A stretch of 64,000 nucleotides of DNA from Halarcobacter sp. Its GTDB lineage: Bacteria > Campylobacterota > Campylobacteria > Campylobacterales > Arcobacteraceae. Positions 10,151 through 20,329 of this stretch are shown here, piece by piece (positions within the stretch are counted from its first letter, which is position 1; every line of letters begins with the position of its first letter). Where the stretch lies: positions 2,560,001 through 2,624,000 of the forward strand of contig CP182352.1 of the NCBI GenBank assembly GCA_048571215.1, read 5' to 3'. The notes under the pieces are model-generated. The model was given only the letters and a program-made list of their open reading frames with translations. It was not told where the DNA came from and ran no database searches. A program made the translations under genes and the position numbers.

Positions 10151-11758
10151 TTTACATACTGGAATATTTTTTCATCAGAAACAAACTCTGCTATTGTTTG
10201 GATATTATTCTTTTTGGCAAAGATAACTATTGCTTCAACAATAGACCTAGAAAATTCACTCTCAATAACATTTTTTATCAAAGAACCATCAATTTTCACA
10301 TAGTCTGGTTGAAAATCATTTATCCTCTCAAAATTTGAATATCCAGAACCAAAGTCATCAATTGCTATTTTAACATCTCCAACTTTTTTTGATAAGCTGA
10401 TAAACTCTTTTACAGTAACCATATTATTTACATTTTCATCTTCTAATAACTCAAAGGTGATTCTACCTTTATTTTGTTTTTTACTTATCAATTCAAGAAG
10501 TAAGTCTCTTATTTTTTTTGTTTCTATATCAGAAGCTGAAAGGTTTATAGAGATATTACTTTTTGAGTACTTCAAGGTTTCAATTGCATTTTCTATAACT
10601 TTTAAAGTCATACTTTGATAATAACCAGTTTTTTTAGCCAAATCCAAGAAGTGATAAGGGGTTAAAACATTATCTTTTTTGTCAACTAATCTAATCAATG
10701 ATTCATACTTTTCTATTTTCAAAGTTTTATTATCAATTATTGGTTGAAAAAATGAGATTATTTTTCCTTTTGTTTTTAAAGCCTCTTTGATTATCTTAAT
10801 TGTTTTTAGTTTATTTCTAGATTCAAGTTGTGCAGCATTAAAAAAGTCTGTACTACAAACAATATCTTGCTTTTGATTTATAGCATACTCTATACCTAAA
10901 TCAACATCATCATAAATATCTTTTTTTCTTCGTGAATAACTTATAACTACATCTATATCATAAATATTATCTTCAAATAACACTCCATTGTTTTCAAAGT
11001 TTATAAGTACCTCTTTTAGTGAAGACTTAATATCTTTTATATCAATAATATCATTTTTCAAATAAGCAAAAAGTCCATTTTCTAGTATATAAACCTTTTC
11101 CATTTTAAATTTTTCAGGGAAATATGATAAAGATATATTTGAAAACTCTTTTTGAAACTCTTGCATCATAGAAGAAGTATAAAACTCTTTTAAAATATCA
11201 TAATTTGCAATTTTTATAAATACTAAAATAGGATTAACTACATGTTTCAAATCATCTAAAAGTTGCCTTTTAGGATTCATTACATCTGTAATATCGTGTC
11301 TTATCCCAATAATCTCAATAATATTACCATCTGTATCAAGTATTGGGGAGATTGTGGCATCCACATAATATGATGTACCATCTTTTTTTCTGTTTTTTAT
11401 AATATTTTTATAAGTTTTCTTAGAATTTACTGTATCCCAAAGCTCTTTAAATATAGATTTTGGCATATCTGGATGTCTTACAATATTTTGTGGTCTACCT
11501 ATTAACTCATCTCTAGAATAACCTGATATATCACAAAATTTATCATTTACATATTTTATCATCCCTTTTTCATCGGTGATACTTACAATATCACTTTCAT
11601 TTAGGATTCTTTTGTATTCTTTTAATTCATTTAATACATTTTCCATAAAAAACTTTCATATTTATTTTATATTTTATCATCTTTTTTTATATAAAACAAA
11701 TTGAGTAATTTATAGTATAGAAAAAATAATTTCAAGAAAACTTTTTTAGTAAGTTTAA

Positions 11759-12385
11759 TTAGGTAAGATAATTTTTTAAAAGCTCTAAATTTATAGTTTT
11801 GTTTTTCATATTTATTATTCCTTCATCTTTAAAGATTCTTAAAACTCTTGAAAGTGTTTCGGGTGTCATATTTAGAACTTGAGCAATTTTTATATTTTTG
11901 GTATTGAAAAAATCATCGCTATTTTTATAAATATAATTTGCAACTCTTTGTTTAGTATCTAAAATCAAATTTGTAGACACTACATTCTCTAAGTTTCTAA
12001 TTTTTTTAATCAATGATTTCATAATCATAAATGATAGTTTTGGATTATTTAAAACCTGTTCTTTAAAAGAAGCAAATTCTATTCTTAAAACTTTTATATC
12101 TGTTATTGCTTGAGCAGTTGCAGGATAGTCTATCCCTTCAAAATTTGCAACTTCTGCTATAAACTCATTTTTATAAAAATGTTTTAATACTAACTCCCTA
12201 TCTTGGGACATCACTTTATAAAGCTTCACCTCCCCTTCTAAAAGAATATAAAGATATTTTGATTCATCTCCTTCATAAAAAAGAATATTGTCTTTGTTGA
12301 AATTTTTTATAGAAGCTATTTTTTCAATCTCTTTAATCTCTTTTTCTTCAAGATCTTCAAAAAGATATATCTTATTTAATTCCAT
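11759..12385 (-). CDS. Crp/Fnr-family transcriptional regulator (no Fe-S cysteines; Dnr/NssR-like)
   Basis: cNMP-binding domain (LFYEGD, YPATA) and HTH TPETLSRVL. Confidence 0.92.
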   Translation of the reverse strand: MELNKIYLFEDLEEKEIKEIEKIASIKNFNKDNILFYEGDESKYLYILLEGEVKLYKVMSQDRELVLKHFYKNEFIAEVANFEGIDYPATAQAITDIKVLRIEFASFKEQVLNNPKLSFMIMKSLIKKIRNLENVVSTNLILDTKQRVANYIYKNSDDFFNTKNIKIAQVLNMTPETLSRVLRIFKDEGIINMKNKTINLELLKNYLT

Positions 12386-12939
12386 CTCTTAATATACTCC
12401 TTTACTTTTTTTTCTAGTAGTTGCATTCTATCTTTTCCTTTAGGTAGCTCTTTTCTCAAAGCTCTCATTTGTTTTAAAAAAGTTGAAATATCTTCTGGAA
12501 TTTTTTCTTTTATATATCTTTTAAATAGTTTTGCAAAAGCTGGAGATGAGCCACTTGTTGAAATCGCTACAGTTAAATCCCCCTCTTTTATATATGAAGG
12601 GAAAATAAAGTCACAACACCTTTGTAAATCTACACAATTGCATAAAATATTCTGTTTTTTACACTCTTTATATATCTGTTCTTGAAGTTTTATATCATCT
12701 ATTGCAACAATTACAATATCAAAACCTTTGATATCACCTAGGCTATACTTTTTTTCTATAACTTTTATATTATATTTTCTAGCTTGGGTTTGTACATACT
12801 CACTTATAAAATCTGCAATAATTGTTATATCTTTAGTAAAGTCAAGTAACTTTTCTAATTTTTCAGAACCTATATATCCAGCTCCAATTAGTAAGATTTT
12901 TTTCCCATCCAATGAAAAAAACATTGGGAAATATGCCAT
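12376..12939 (-). CDS. Precorrin-2 dehydrogenase/sirohydrochlorin ferrochelatase (SirC/CysG N-terminal type)
   Basis: YFPMF, GAGYIG Rossmann motif, NCVD, CDFIFPS, AISTSGSSPAFA. Confidence 0.9.
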   Translation of the reverse strand: MAYFPMFFSLDGKKILLIGAGYIGSEKLEKLLDFTKDITIIADFISEYVQTQARKYNIKVIEKKYSLGDIKGFDIVIVAIDDIKLQEQIYKECKKQNILCNCVDLQRCCDFIFPSYIKEGDLTVAISTSGSSPAFAKLFKRYIKEKIPEDISTFLKQMRALRKELPKGKDRMQLLEKKVKEYIKRWN

Positions 12940-12970
12940 TACAATCCCTTCTAGTTTTTATAAATAACTA

Positions 12971-13933
12971 TTATTTAAATAATCTTTTGAAAAATCTTAC
13001 AACACAACAAGAATCATCAGAAACTAACTCATAAGCTTTTTCTATTGAATCAACTCTTTTTGTAGCATATAAAAGTATTGCGACATTTAGTTTTGCTAAC
13101 TGCATAATTTGTTTTGTTGGATTATTGATAATCTCTATTGCCTCTTCTAAACTAAGCTCTTCATACTCTTTGTCATATTTGATTTTTAAATCTTCAAATT
13201 TAATACTTTTTTCTACTATGCCTTCATTTTCAACATCCCAATATTTAAAACTATTAAATACTTCAGGTGTTCCTTCATTTCCTTTTATTATTAGAAGATT
13301 TTCATAGTTTTCACCAAATAGTTTTAAATACTTTTCCACATATGGTCTATGAAAAGCCGAGGTGATTGCATATTTTGAATTTGCTGGATTTAAAAGTTTT
13401 TCAACAGTGTTAAAAATAGTTCTCATATAAAGTTTTAGTCTTAAATCTGTTAAATCCGATAACTCTTTAAAATACTCTTGTCTATCAAAAAAGTGAATAT
13501 TATCCTCTAAGGTTATATTGTTTACAATATCTTTTACAGTAATCCCTTTTTTTGCAGGTTGTAACTTATCTCCACTAATAACTATCTCAAAAGGTTCAAT
13601 CTCTTTGTTTCTTTTAAAAAACTCTTTTAGGATTTTTCCATATAAAGGGAATAGATAGGGTTGTGTTGTTTTCCCATCATAAGAGAAACCAAGTTCAATT
13701 GATTCTGGTATATCATCTCTTTTTATATACTTTTCAAATGAATCTAAACATCCACTAAGCTCATCATCACTTTCAAGTTTCACCCTCAAAAGCATCAAAA
13801 ATGCTGCTGCTTGTTCACTATCACATTTTTGTTCTAAGATACCCTGAATAGCTTCACCTATCTCCTCTTTTGTTAAATTTTTATTTGATTTTGGACCTGT
13901 TCCTACAGCTTTTATATATTTAAAAAAGTTCAT
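12971..13933 (-). CDS. Glycosyltransferase family 3 / YbiB-like (TrpD-fold) protein
   Basis: YIKAVGTGPK...AAFLMLLRVKLES, LYMRTIFNTVEKLLNP, FHRPY, KGNEG. Confidence 0.75.
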   Translation of the reverse strand: MNFFKYIKAVGTGPKSNKNLTKEEIGEAIQGILEQKCDSEQAAAFLMLLRVKLESDDELSGCLDSFEKYIKRDDIPESIELGFSYDGKTTQPYLFPLYGKILKEFFKRNKEIEPFEIVISGDKLQPAKKGITVKDIVNNITLEDNIHFFDRQEYFKELSDLTDLRLKLYMRTIFNTVEKLLNPANSKYAITSAFHRPYVEKYLKLFGENYENLLIIKGNEGTPEVFNSFKYWDVENEGIVEKSIKFEDLKIKYDKEYEELSLEEAIEIINNPTKQIMQLAKLNVAILLYATKRVDSIEKAYELVSDDSCCVVRFFKRLFK

Positions 13934-14049
13934 AATATCCCCATTTAGTTTTTTATTTTAATAAAGATTATACAATCTTCCTAGTTAAAGTAAATATAGC
14001 AAATATTTTAGTTTCACATTGTTTATACAAAACAATGTTAAAATAAAAT

Positions 14050-14433
14050 ATGAAAAAAACAATAATTCTAGTAACTCTTTTTTTAAATAGTTTAGTTTTT
14101 GCTTATGGTTCTAAGATAAAAGGTATTTATGCAATAGGAGTATTTGATCAAAATAAAAATGGTGAAAATGTACAGCATGTTTTAAAAACAAAAAATGATT
14201 ATAATGGAAGTTGTTATACAAAAATATTTATTTTAGGTGTACCTTCAAATATTACTCCCCAAGTTAAAATAGGCAAATCAAGAGGACATTATCAAAGTAG
14301 AATCTCCATTTTTAATAGGAAAAAAATAAAAATTGGAGAAGAACTACTTTATAAACACTACAAAGTCACAAAAGGCTATATTGAAGTTAAACTAAATGGA
14401 AAACTATACGATACAAAAGTTTTTGTAAAGTAA
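14050..14433 (+). CDS. Small secreted hypothetical protein
   Basis: Sec signal peptide MKKTIILVTLFLNSLVFA. Basic, beta-rich mature region. Confidence 0.75.
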   Translation: MKKTIILVTLFLNSLVFAYGSKIKGIYAIGVFDQNKNGENVQHVLKTKNDYNGSCYTKIFILGVPSNITPQVKIGKSRGHYQSRISIFNRKKIKIGEELLYKHYKVTKGYIEVKLNGKLYDTKVFVK

Positions 14434-14458
14434 ATAAAAATTAAATTTAACTTCTAAG

Positions 14459-14620
14459 CTAGAAAAATATCAATCCCAAAAAAAATAGTACTAAAAGTGT
14501 TGAACCAATAGGAAAAGCTTTTGCTAATGGATTATCTTTTCCAACTAAAGATACAGACACCTTACTTAAAAGATAAAAAAAGCCAACTAAACAGATTGCA
14601 CCTATTATTTTTATAAGCAT
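14459..14620 (-). CDS. 53-aa two-TM small membrane protein (not in the ORF track)
   Basis: AAGGAGG SD, then MLIKIIGAICLVGFFYLLSKVSVSLVGKDNPLAKAFPIGSTLLVLFFLGLIFF*. Confidence 0.75.
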   Translation of the reverse strand: MLIKIIGAICLVGFFYLLSKVSVSLVGKDNPLAKAFPIGSTLLVLFFLGLIFF

Positions 14621-14741
14621 AATAGCCTCCTTATAGATTAGATAATATATTTTATTACTTAAATTTTATAACTTTATAATTAATGAAAAATAAAAATTTT
14701 AATTACTCTTATTATTTAATATCTTGAAGTTTTTTTAGTAT

Positions 14742-14768
14742 AAAAAGAGGGAGAGTACTCCCTCTTTT
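14742..14768 (-). terminator. Intrinsic terminator after phoD
   Basis: AAAAGAGGGAG-agta-CTCCCTCTTTT. Confidence 0.85.
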
Positions 14769-14772
14769 AAGC

Positions 14773-16554
14773 TTATATAATAGTGTTTGTACCAACAAGT
14801 GTTTTTAAACTAGTCTGTCTTGCTGTATCCAAAGAATAAGTTGTTGAAGCATAATTATCAACATAATACCAAGTAGTACTTGCTTCACTTGAGGTAAATG
14901 TTATAACAAGAAATCCCCTTTGATTCAAGTTTGTATATTTTAAATCATCAATCAAAAATGTTAATGCAGCTTCAAAATTTTGTGCTGCTGTTAATGTAGT
15001 TAATCCTGCATAATCTTCCATTCCAGGTGAGCTTACAGAAGTAACTGCATATTCTACAGCTACAGAACTACCTCCTTGATCTTTAATTTCATTTGCCCAA
15101 GAATTATGTGTATCACCCGATAAAACCACTAAGTTTTTACTTAATGTTTTAGCAGTAGCAAAAATTACTTCTCTTTCATAAAAATATCCATCCCATGCAT
15201 CTAAGTTATACGGTAAAGTTGTAGTTACTCTTGCTTTTTCAGCAGGAGTTAACGTGGTATCATTGTTAAGCATTCTAGTTTTTATAGTAATTAATTCACT
15301 AATTGATGTACTTAAGCTTGTTAAAAGAGCAGTTTTTTGATCACTAGTAATATTTCCATTCAATTGGGCAATTATTGTCAATAACTCAGCAGGTAAAAAC
15401 ATTTTTCCCATTAATACTTGTTGACCTAAAACATCCCATGTTGCGGTAGAATTTGTTAACTTATTTTGTAACCAAAGTAATTGTTCGCTTCCAATCATTG
15501 TTCTAGTATTATCAACTAAATCCATTGAAAAAGTTGCAGAATCAAAATTTCCTAAATTGTCAAAGTACTTAGAATAATCTAATTGTTTATCCCTAGCAAT
15601 AACTCTTGTATCTAACATATAAAGATTCACAAGATTTCCAAACTCAAATGATCTATAGATAATCTCTGTATTGCCTTTTGTATAGGGTCGGATAGGAAGC
15701 CACTCAAAATAAGCTTGTAATGCTTGTATTTTTCTTGATTGAAAGTCACCCTCACTTGGGTCATGATTTTCTGCTCCATCTTTATATGTATCATTTGCAA
15801 TTTCATGATCATCCCATATTGGTATAACAGGAATATTTTTATGTAAGGCTACACAACCTTCATCAGTTCTATATAAAGCATATCTTTTTCTATAATCTTC
15901 AAGTGTTAAAAGTTCTGTATCATTATCAGCAGGTAAAACCCTTCCAATAGTAGCAGCATTTGATGTAGCATAAGCAGGAGTTACGCCATCATCATTTTCA
16001 TACATACCATATTCATAAATATAATCTCCTAAGAGCAAGGCAACATCCAAATCCATTTTAGAAGCCTCCATATATGCATTAAAATAACCATTAGGATAGT
16101 TTGCACATGAAAAAGCCGCCATCTTAACTTGACTAGGATTTGCTGCTATTGTTTTGGTTTTTCCAACAATTGATACTTTTTCATTAGATTTAAATCTATA
16201 AAAATATGTTGTATTTTCTACTAAATCTTGTAAATCAATTTTTACAGTGTAATCTTCATTTTGATTAGTTGTGATAATTGCAGATCTAAGTATTGTTGAA
16301 AAATCTGATGCTTCAGAAATTTCATAAGCTAAGTTTATAGTTGAAATAGTACTTTTAGGAGTAACTCTAGTCCAAAGAATTACACTAGTAGTTGTAGGAT
16401 CTCCACTAGCAACTCCATGATTAAAATCTACATCTACAGTATTCCAAGTACTTAACTGAGATGATGTGCATCCAGTCATTGCTGTTGAAACTACAAGTGA
16501 ACTTGCAGTTAAAGCCGATATTTTTAAAAAATCTCTTCTTGTAATCTTTACCAT
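14773..16554 (-). CDS. phoD: Alkaline phosphatase D family, Tat-exported lipoprotein
   Basis: TRRDFLK Tat motif and MTGC lipobox. Motifs HGVASGDP, LGDYIYE, WDDHE, DAWDGY, GDTHNSW. Confidence 0.93.
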   Translation of the reverse strand: MVKITRRDFLKISALTASSLVVSTAMTGCTSSQLSTWNTVDVDFNHGVASGDPTTTSVILWTRVTPKSTISTINLAYEISEASDFSTILRSAIITTNQNEDYTVKIDLQDLVENTTYFYRFKSNEKVSIVGKTKTIAANPSQVKMAAFSCANYPNGYFNAYMEASKMDLDVALLLGDYIYEYGMYENDDGVTPAYATSNAATIGRVLPADNDTELLTLEDYRKRYALYRTDEGCVALHKNIPVIPIWDDHEIANDTYKDGAENHDPSEGDFQSRKIQALQAYFEWLPIRPYTKGNTEIIYRSFEFGNLVNLYMLDTRVIARDKQLDYSKYFDNLGNFDSATFSMDLVDNTRTMIGSEQLLWLQNKLTNSTATWDVLGQQVLMGKMFLPAELLTIIAQLNGNITSDQKTALLTSLSTSISELITIKTRMLNNDTTLTPAEKARVTTTLPYNLDAWDGYFYEREVIFATAKTLSKNLVVLSGDTHNSWANEIKDQGGSSVAVEYAVTSVSSPGMEDYAGLTTLTAAQNFEAALTFLIDDLKYTNLNQRGFLVITFTSSEASTTWYYVDNYASTTYSLDTARQTSLKTLVGTNTII

Positions 16555-16578
16555 TTTTTGCCTTCATAATTTTATGAA

Positions 16579-16612
16579 AGTTTAATAGTAAATAATTACA
16601 AAAAGATGACAA
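16579..16612 (-). promoter_or_regulatory. Pho box and -10 element of phoD
   Basis: Minus strand reads TTGTCAT-CTTT-TTGTAAT (11-bp repeat, 16612-16595), a 10-nt spacer, then TAAACT (16584-16579). Confidence 0.75.
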
Positions 16613-16620
16613 ATATATAA

Positions 16621-17859
16621 TTACATGTATTTAGTAAGAACTTCTGGTATTTTTATACTACCATCAGCTTGTTGATAATTTTCCATAATAGCTAAAAGTG
16701 TTCTTCCCACTGCTAGTGAAGATCCATTTAAAGTATGCGCTAAAATATTTTTCTTATCCTTTTTATATCTAATTTTTGCTCGTCTTGCTTGAAAATCCCT
16801 AGTATTAGATATAGAAGAGATTTCTCTATATTTTCCTTGTCCAGGAAGCCAAACTTCAAGGTCTATTGTTTTTGCTGCACTAAAACCTAAATCACCAGTA
16901 CAAAGCATAACTTTTTGATGAGCAAGACCTAAAGAAGTTAATAAATCACTTGCACAAGCAACCATTTTTTCAAATATCTCATCTGATTCCTCTTGTTTAG
17001 TAATAGCCACCATCTCAACTTTATCAAACTGATGTTGTCTTATAAGCCCTCTTGTATCTCTTCCTGCACTTCCTGCTTCTTTTCTAAAACATGGAGTGTA
17101 TGATGTTAACATTAAAGGTAATTCATCAACTGATAATATCTCATCATTGTAAAGATTTGTTAATGAAACCTCTGCTGTAGGGATTAGATATAAATCTTCC
17201 CCTTCGATTTTAAATAAATCATCTTCAAACTTTGGTAACTGCCCAGTTCCTTGTAAAGTATTTGAGTTTGCCATAAAAGGTACATACCACTCTTCAAAAC
17301 CTCTACTTCTATTAAAATCTAACATATAGTTTATAAGTGCTCGCTCTAATCTTGCCCCCTGCCCTTTAATAGCTGAGAACCTAGATTTTGCTAGTTTAAC
17401 ACCCCTTTCAAAATCTAACCAATTATTAGGTAAATCCCAGTGCTCTTTTGGTTCAAAATCAAAACTTGGTTTCTCTCCAATGGTTTCTAATAATTGATTT
17501 TCATCTTCATCTTTTCCATCTGGTACTATCTCATCTGGTATATTTGGTACACCAAGAAGTATTGATAATAGTTCATCTTCTAAGGTTTTTACCTCTTCTT
17601 CAAAAGCTTGTTTTATAGATTTTAGTTCATTGATCTCATTTTGTAAAGGGCTTATATCTAATCCCTCTTTTTTATATCTTCCAAACTCTTTTGATAATCT
17701 ATTTTGTGAAGCTGTTGTATCTTCCATCTCTTGTCGTTTAATTTTTGCATCTTCAGATATTGCTTTTAATGAATCTAAAATATCTGAAGCAACCCCTTTT
17801 CTTTTAAGTGCTGTTGCAACATATTCAAAATCTCTTTGTAATAGTTTTATATCAATCAT
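16621..17859 (-). CDS. serS: Serine-tRNA ligase
   Basis: Start MIDIK at 17859. Motifs LIPTAEV, FRKEAG...[22 protein letters not shown]. Confidence 0.98.
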   Translation of the reverse strand: MIDIKLLQRDFEYVATALKRKGVASDILDSLKAISEDAKIKRQEMEDTTASQNRLSKEFGRYKKEGLDISPLQNEINELKSIKQAFEEEVKTLEDELLSILLGVPNIPDEIVPDGKDEDENQLLETIGEKPSFDFEPKEHWDLPNNWLDFERGVKLAKSRFSAIKGQGARLERALINYMLDFNRSRGFEEWYVPFMANSNTLQGTGQLPKFEDDLFKIEGEDLYLIPTAEVSLTNLYNDEILSVDELPLMLTSYTPCFRKEAGSAGRDTRGLIRQHQFDKVEMVAITKQEESDEIFEKMVACASDLLTSLGLAHQKVMLCTGDLGFSAAKTIDLEVWLPGQGKYREISSISNTRDFQARRAKIRYKKDKKNILAHTLNGSSLAVGRTLLAIMENYQQADGSIKIPEVLTKYM

Positions 17860-18001
17860 ATCGCTCTTTCTCAAATTTTTTATAAGTTTACAAAGCAATT
17901 ATAGCTTGTACTTGTTTATATTTTAAATGTGTATTGTACCTAAAGTTTCCTTTTTACTTTTTTTTTATAAAATATATTAAATCGTAAAATGGGATATTCA
18001 A

Positions 18002-19279
18002 ATGAAATATAAATTTTTTACTGTAGTACTTCCAATAATTGCTTTAGTTGTTGCCTCTTTTTATATAACAATACAATTTATAAAACCTAGTCCAAAAAAA
18101 GAGATTACTATTGCAACAGGTAGTAAAAATGGAAACTATTATAAAACTGCCTTAGAGTATAAAGCCTTATTAGAAAAAGAGAATGTAAAAGTAAATTTAA
18201 TAAATTCAGCTGGTTCAGTTGAGAATATTGAACTTCTTAAACAAAATAAAGCTGATATGGCTTTTGTACAAAATGGTACAATAACAAATGAGATTGCTCC
18301 AAATATAAAATCCCTAGCATCAATCTATTATGAACCTTTATGGGTCTTTTATAAAAATGATGGCTTTTCTGTTGATTATATTATTCAATTTATTACAAAA
18401 AAAATCTCTATTAATAAAATTGGCAGTGGCACTAGAGATTTAGCGATACAAATTTTAAAAGATAATGGTATAGATGAAACTAATTCTACAATTTTAGATT
18501 ATGATACTGATAAATCAAAAGAAGCTTTATTAAAAGGTGAAATTGATGTAGTTTTTATAGTCTCTTCCCACAAATCTGAAGCAATAAAAGAGTTACTAGA
18601 AGACCCAAAAATAAACCTTTTTAGTTTTAAAAGAGCTAGAGCTTATAGTAGAAAATATCCCTATTTAGAAGCTTTAAATCTATATGAGGGAACTTTAGAT
18701 TTATATAAAAATTTACCAGATGAAAATAAGAATCTATTAGCAACAACTGCAAATTTAGTAGTAAAGAAAGACTTTTCAGAAGAACTAAAAAGACTTGTAC
18801 TAAAAAAAATCAAAGAAGTTCATAATAAAAAAGACCTTTTTGCAAAAGCAGGACAATTTCCAAATCCATACAATATGGTTTTAGATTTAGATGAAGAGGC
18901 TCAAAAATATTTTAAATATGGAGATACCTGGTTAGAAAAAATCTTTCCCTATTGGATAGCTTCAAATATAGATAGATTGAAAATACTTATTATTCCTCTC
19001 TTAACCCTACTTTTCCCTTTGTTTAAAGGATTTTACCCTTTATACAATTGGAGTATGAGATCAAAAATATATAGATGGTATGATGAAGTAAGACAGTTGG
19101 ATGAAGAAGTGGATAATAAAGATAAAAACAAACTTCAAAATGAGCTAGAATCCTTAGAAAAGCTAAGACGTGAAATAAGTAAAGAAACAAAGGTTCCCCT
19201 AGCATATATGGGAGAGTATTACAACTTGCAACTCCATCTTGACCATATTATATTTAAAATAGAAAAGAAGCTTAAATAG
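18002..19279 (+). CDS. TAXI-family TRAP solute-binding protein with C-terminal TM and coiled region
   Basis: IATGSKNGNY, SAGSVEN, AFVQNG, YYEPLWVF, GSGTR. Confidence 0.85.
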   Translation: MKYKFFTVVLPIIALVVASFYITIQFIKPSPKKEITIATGSKNGNYYKTALEYKALLEKENVKVNLINSAGSVENIELLKQNKADMAFVQNGTITNEIAPNIKSLASIYYEPLWVFYKNDGFSVDYIIQFITKKISINKIGSGTRDLAIQILKDNGIDETNSTILDYDTDKSKEALLKGEIDVVFIVSSHKSEAIKELLEDPKINLFSFKRARAYSRKYPYLEALNLYEGTLDLYKNLPDENKNLLATTANLVVKKDFSEELKRLVLKKIKEVHNKKDLFAKAGQFPNPYNMVLDLDEEAQKYFKYGDTWLEKIFPYWIASNIDRLKILIIPLLTLLFPLFKGFYPLYNWSMRSKIYRWYDEVRQLDEEVDNKDKNKLQNELESLEKLRREISKETKVPLAYMGEYYNLQLHLDHIIFKIEKKLK

Positions 19280-19330
19280 CTATTATACTTACTTTTGATA
19301 TAATTTTTCAAAAATTTCAAGGGAAATAAA

Positions 19331-20296
19331 TTGAGAATACTATCGGGAATACAACCAAGTGGTACTATACATATAGGTAACTACTTTGGAATGATAAAAA
19401 AAATGATTGAATCACAAGATGATGGTGAACTTTTTGCCTTCATAGCTTCATATCATGCCTTAACATCGGTAAAAGAAAAAGAGGTTTTAGAAAAAAACAT
19501 TTTTGAAGCAGCAGTAAACTTTTTAGCACTAGGGATGGACCCAGAGAAATCAACTTTTTGGGTACAACACCATGTAAAAGAGGTATTAGAACTATACTGG
19601 CTTTTATCAAATCACACATCTATGGGTTTACTAGAACGAGCACATTCATATAAAGATAAAACAGCTCGTGGTTTTCAAACAAACCATGGACTTTTTTCTT
19701 ATCCTGTGCTAATGGCTGCTGATATTTTATTATATGATACAAATATTGTACCTGTTGGTAAAGATCAAATTCAACATGTTGAGATGACAAGAGATATTGC
19801 AAATAGCTTTAACAATCACTATAAAACTGATATCTTAGTATTGCCAGAAGCAAAAGTTGATGAGATAGTTGCTACAGTTCCTGGAACTGATGGGGCTAAA
19901 ATGTCAAAATCTTATGGAAATACAATTGATATGTTTGGTAATGCAAAAACAATAAAAAAACAAGTTATGGGAGTAGTGACTGATTCAAAAGAGTTAGATG
20001 AGGCAAAAGATTATACCACTTGTAATGTATATAAACTTTGTGAATTGTTTATGTCACAAGATGAATTAAAAGAGCTTCAACAAAGATATGCAACTCCTGG
20101 GGAAGGTTATGGACACTTTAAACTAACACTTCTTGAGAAAATAAATGAACATTTTGAACCATATATCCAAAAAAGGGAACACCTTTTAAATAACCCAAAT
20201 GAGGTGAAGGAAATTTTAGCTTTTGGTGCACAAAAAGCTAGTAAAATTGCTTCTGCTAAAATGGAACAAATAAGAGATATTGTGGGATTAAATTAA
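19331..20296 (+). CDS. trpS: Tryptophan-tRNA ligase
   Basis: SGIQPSG, HIGN, YPVLMAADIL, VPVGKDQ, KMSKS. Confidence 0.98.
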   Translation: MRILSGIQPSGTIHIGNYFGMIKKMIESQDDGELFAFIASYHALTSVKEKEVLEKNIFEAAVNFLALGMDPEKSTFWVQHHVKEVLELYWLLSNHTSMGLLERAHSYKDKTARGFQTNHGLFSYPVLMAADILLYDTNIVPVGKDQIQHVEMTRDIANSFNNHYKTDILVLPEAKVDEIVATVPGTDGAKMSKSYGNTIDMFGNAKTIKKQVMGVVTDSKELDEAKDYTTCNVYKLCELFMSQDELKELQQRYATPGEGYGHFKLTLLEKINEHFEPYIQKREHLLNNPNEVKEILAFGAQKASKIASAKMEQIRDIVGLN

Positions 20297-20325
20297 ATAA
20301 AAGTAGTAAAATACTACTTTTATTT
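20295..20325. terminator. Bidirectional terminator between trpS and the methyltransferase gene
   Basis: AAATAAAAGTAGTA-aaa-TACTACTTTTATTT. Confidence 0.75.
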
Positions 20326-20329
20326 GAAA

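Larger units (their letters stand above)
8750..11646 (-). pseudogene. PAS + degenerate GGDEF + EAL phosphodiesterase gene interrupted by IS256 copy 2
   Basis: PAS (NIVRHPDMP) and EAL-domain motifs (YESLIR, FELLE, IDDFGSGYSN, KIDG, IAEFV). The native tail DVGIDYSQGFYFGKPEPLIM* lies at 8750-8813 on the far side of the IS. Confidence 0.92.

Noticed and set aside
14641..14659. Fur box upstream of the small membrane protein
   Set aside because: Only 11/19 match in AT-rich sequence.
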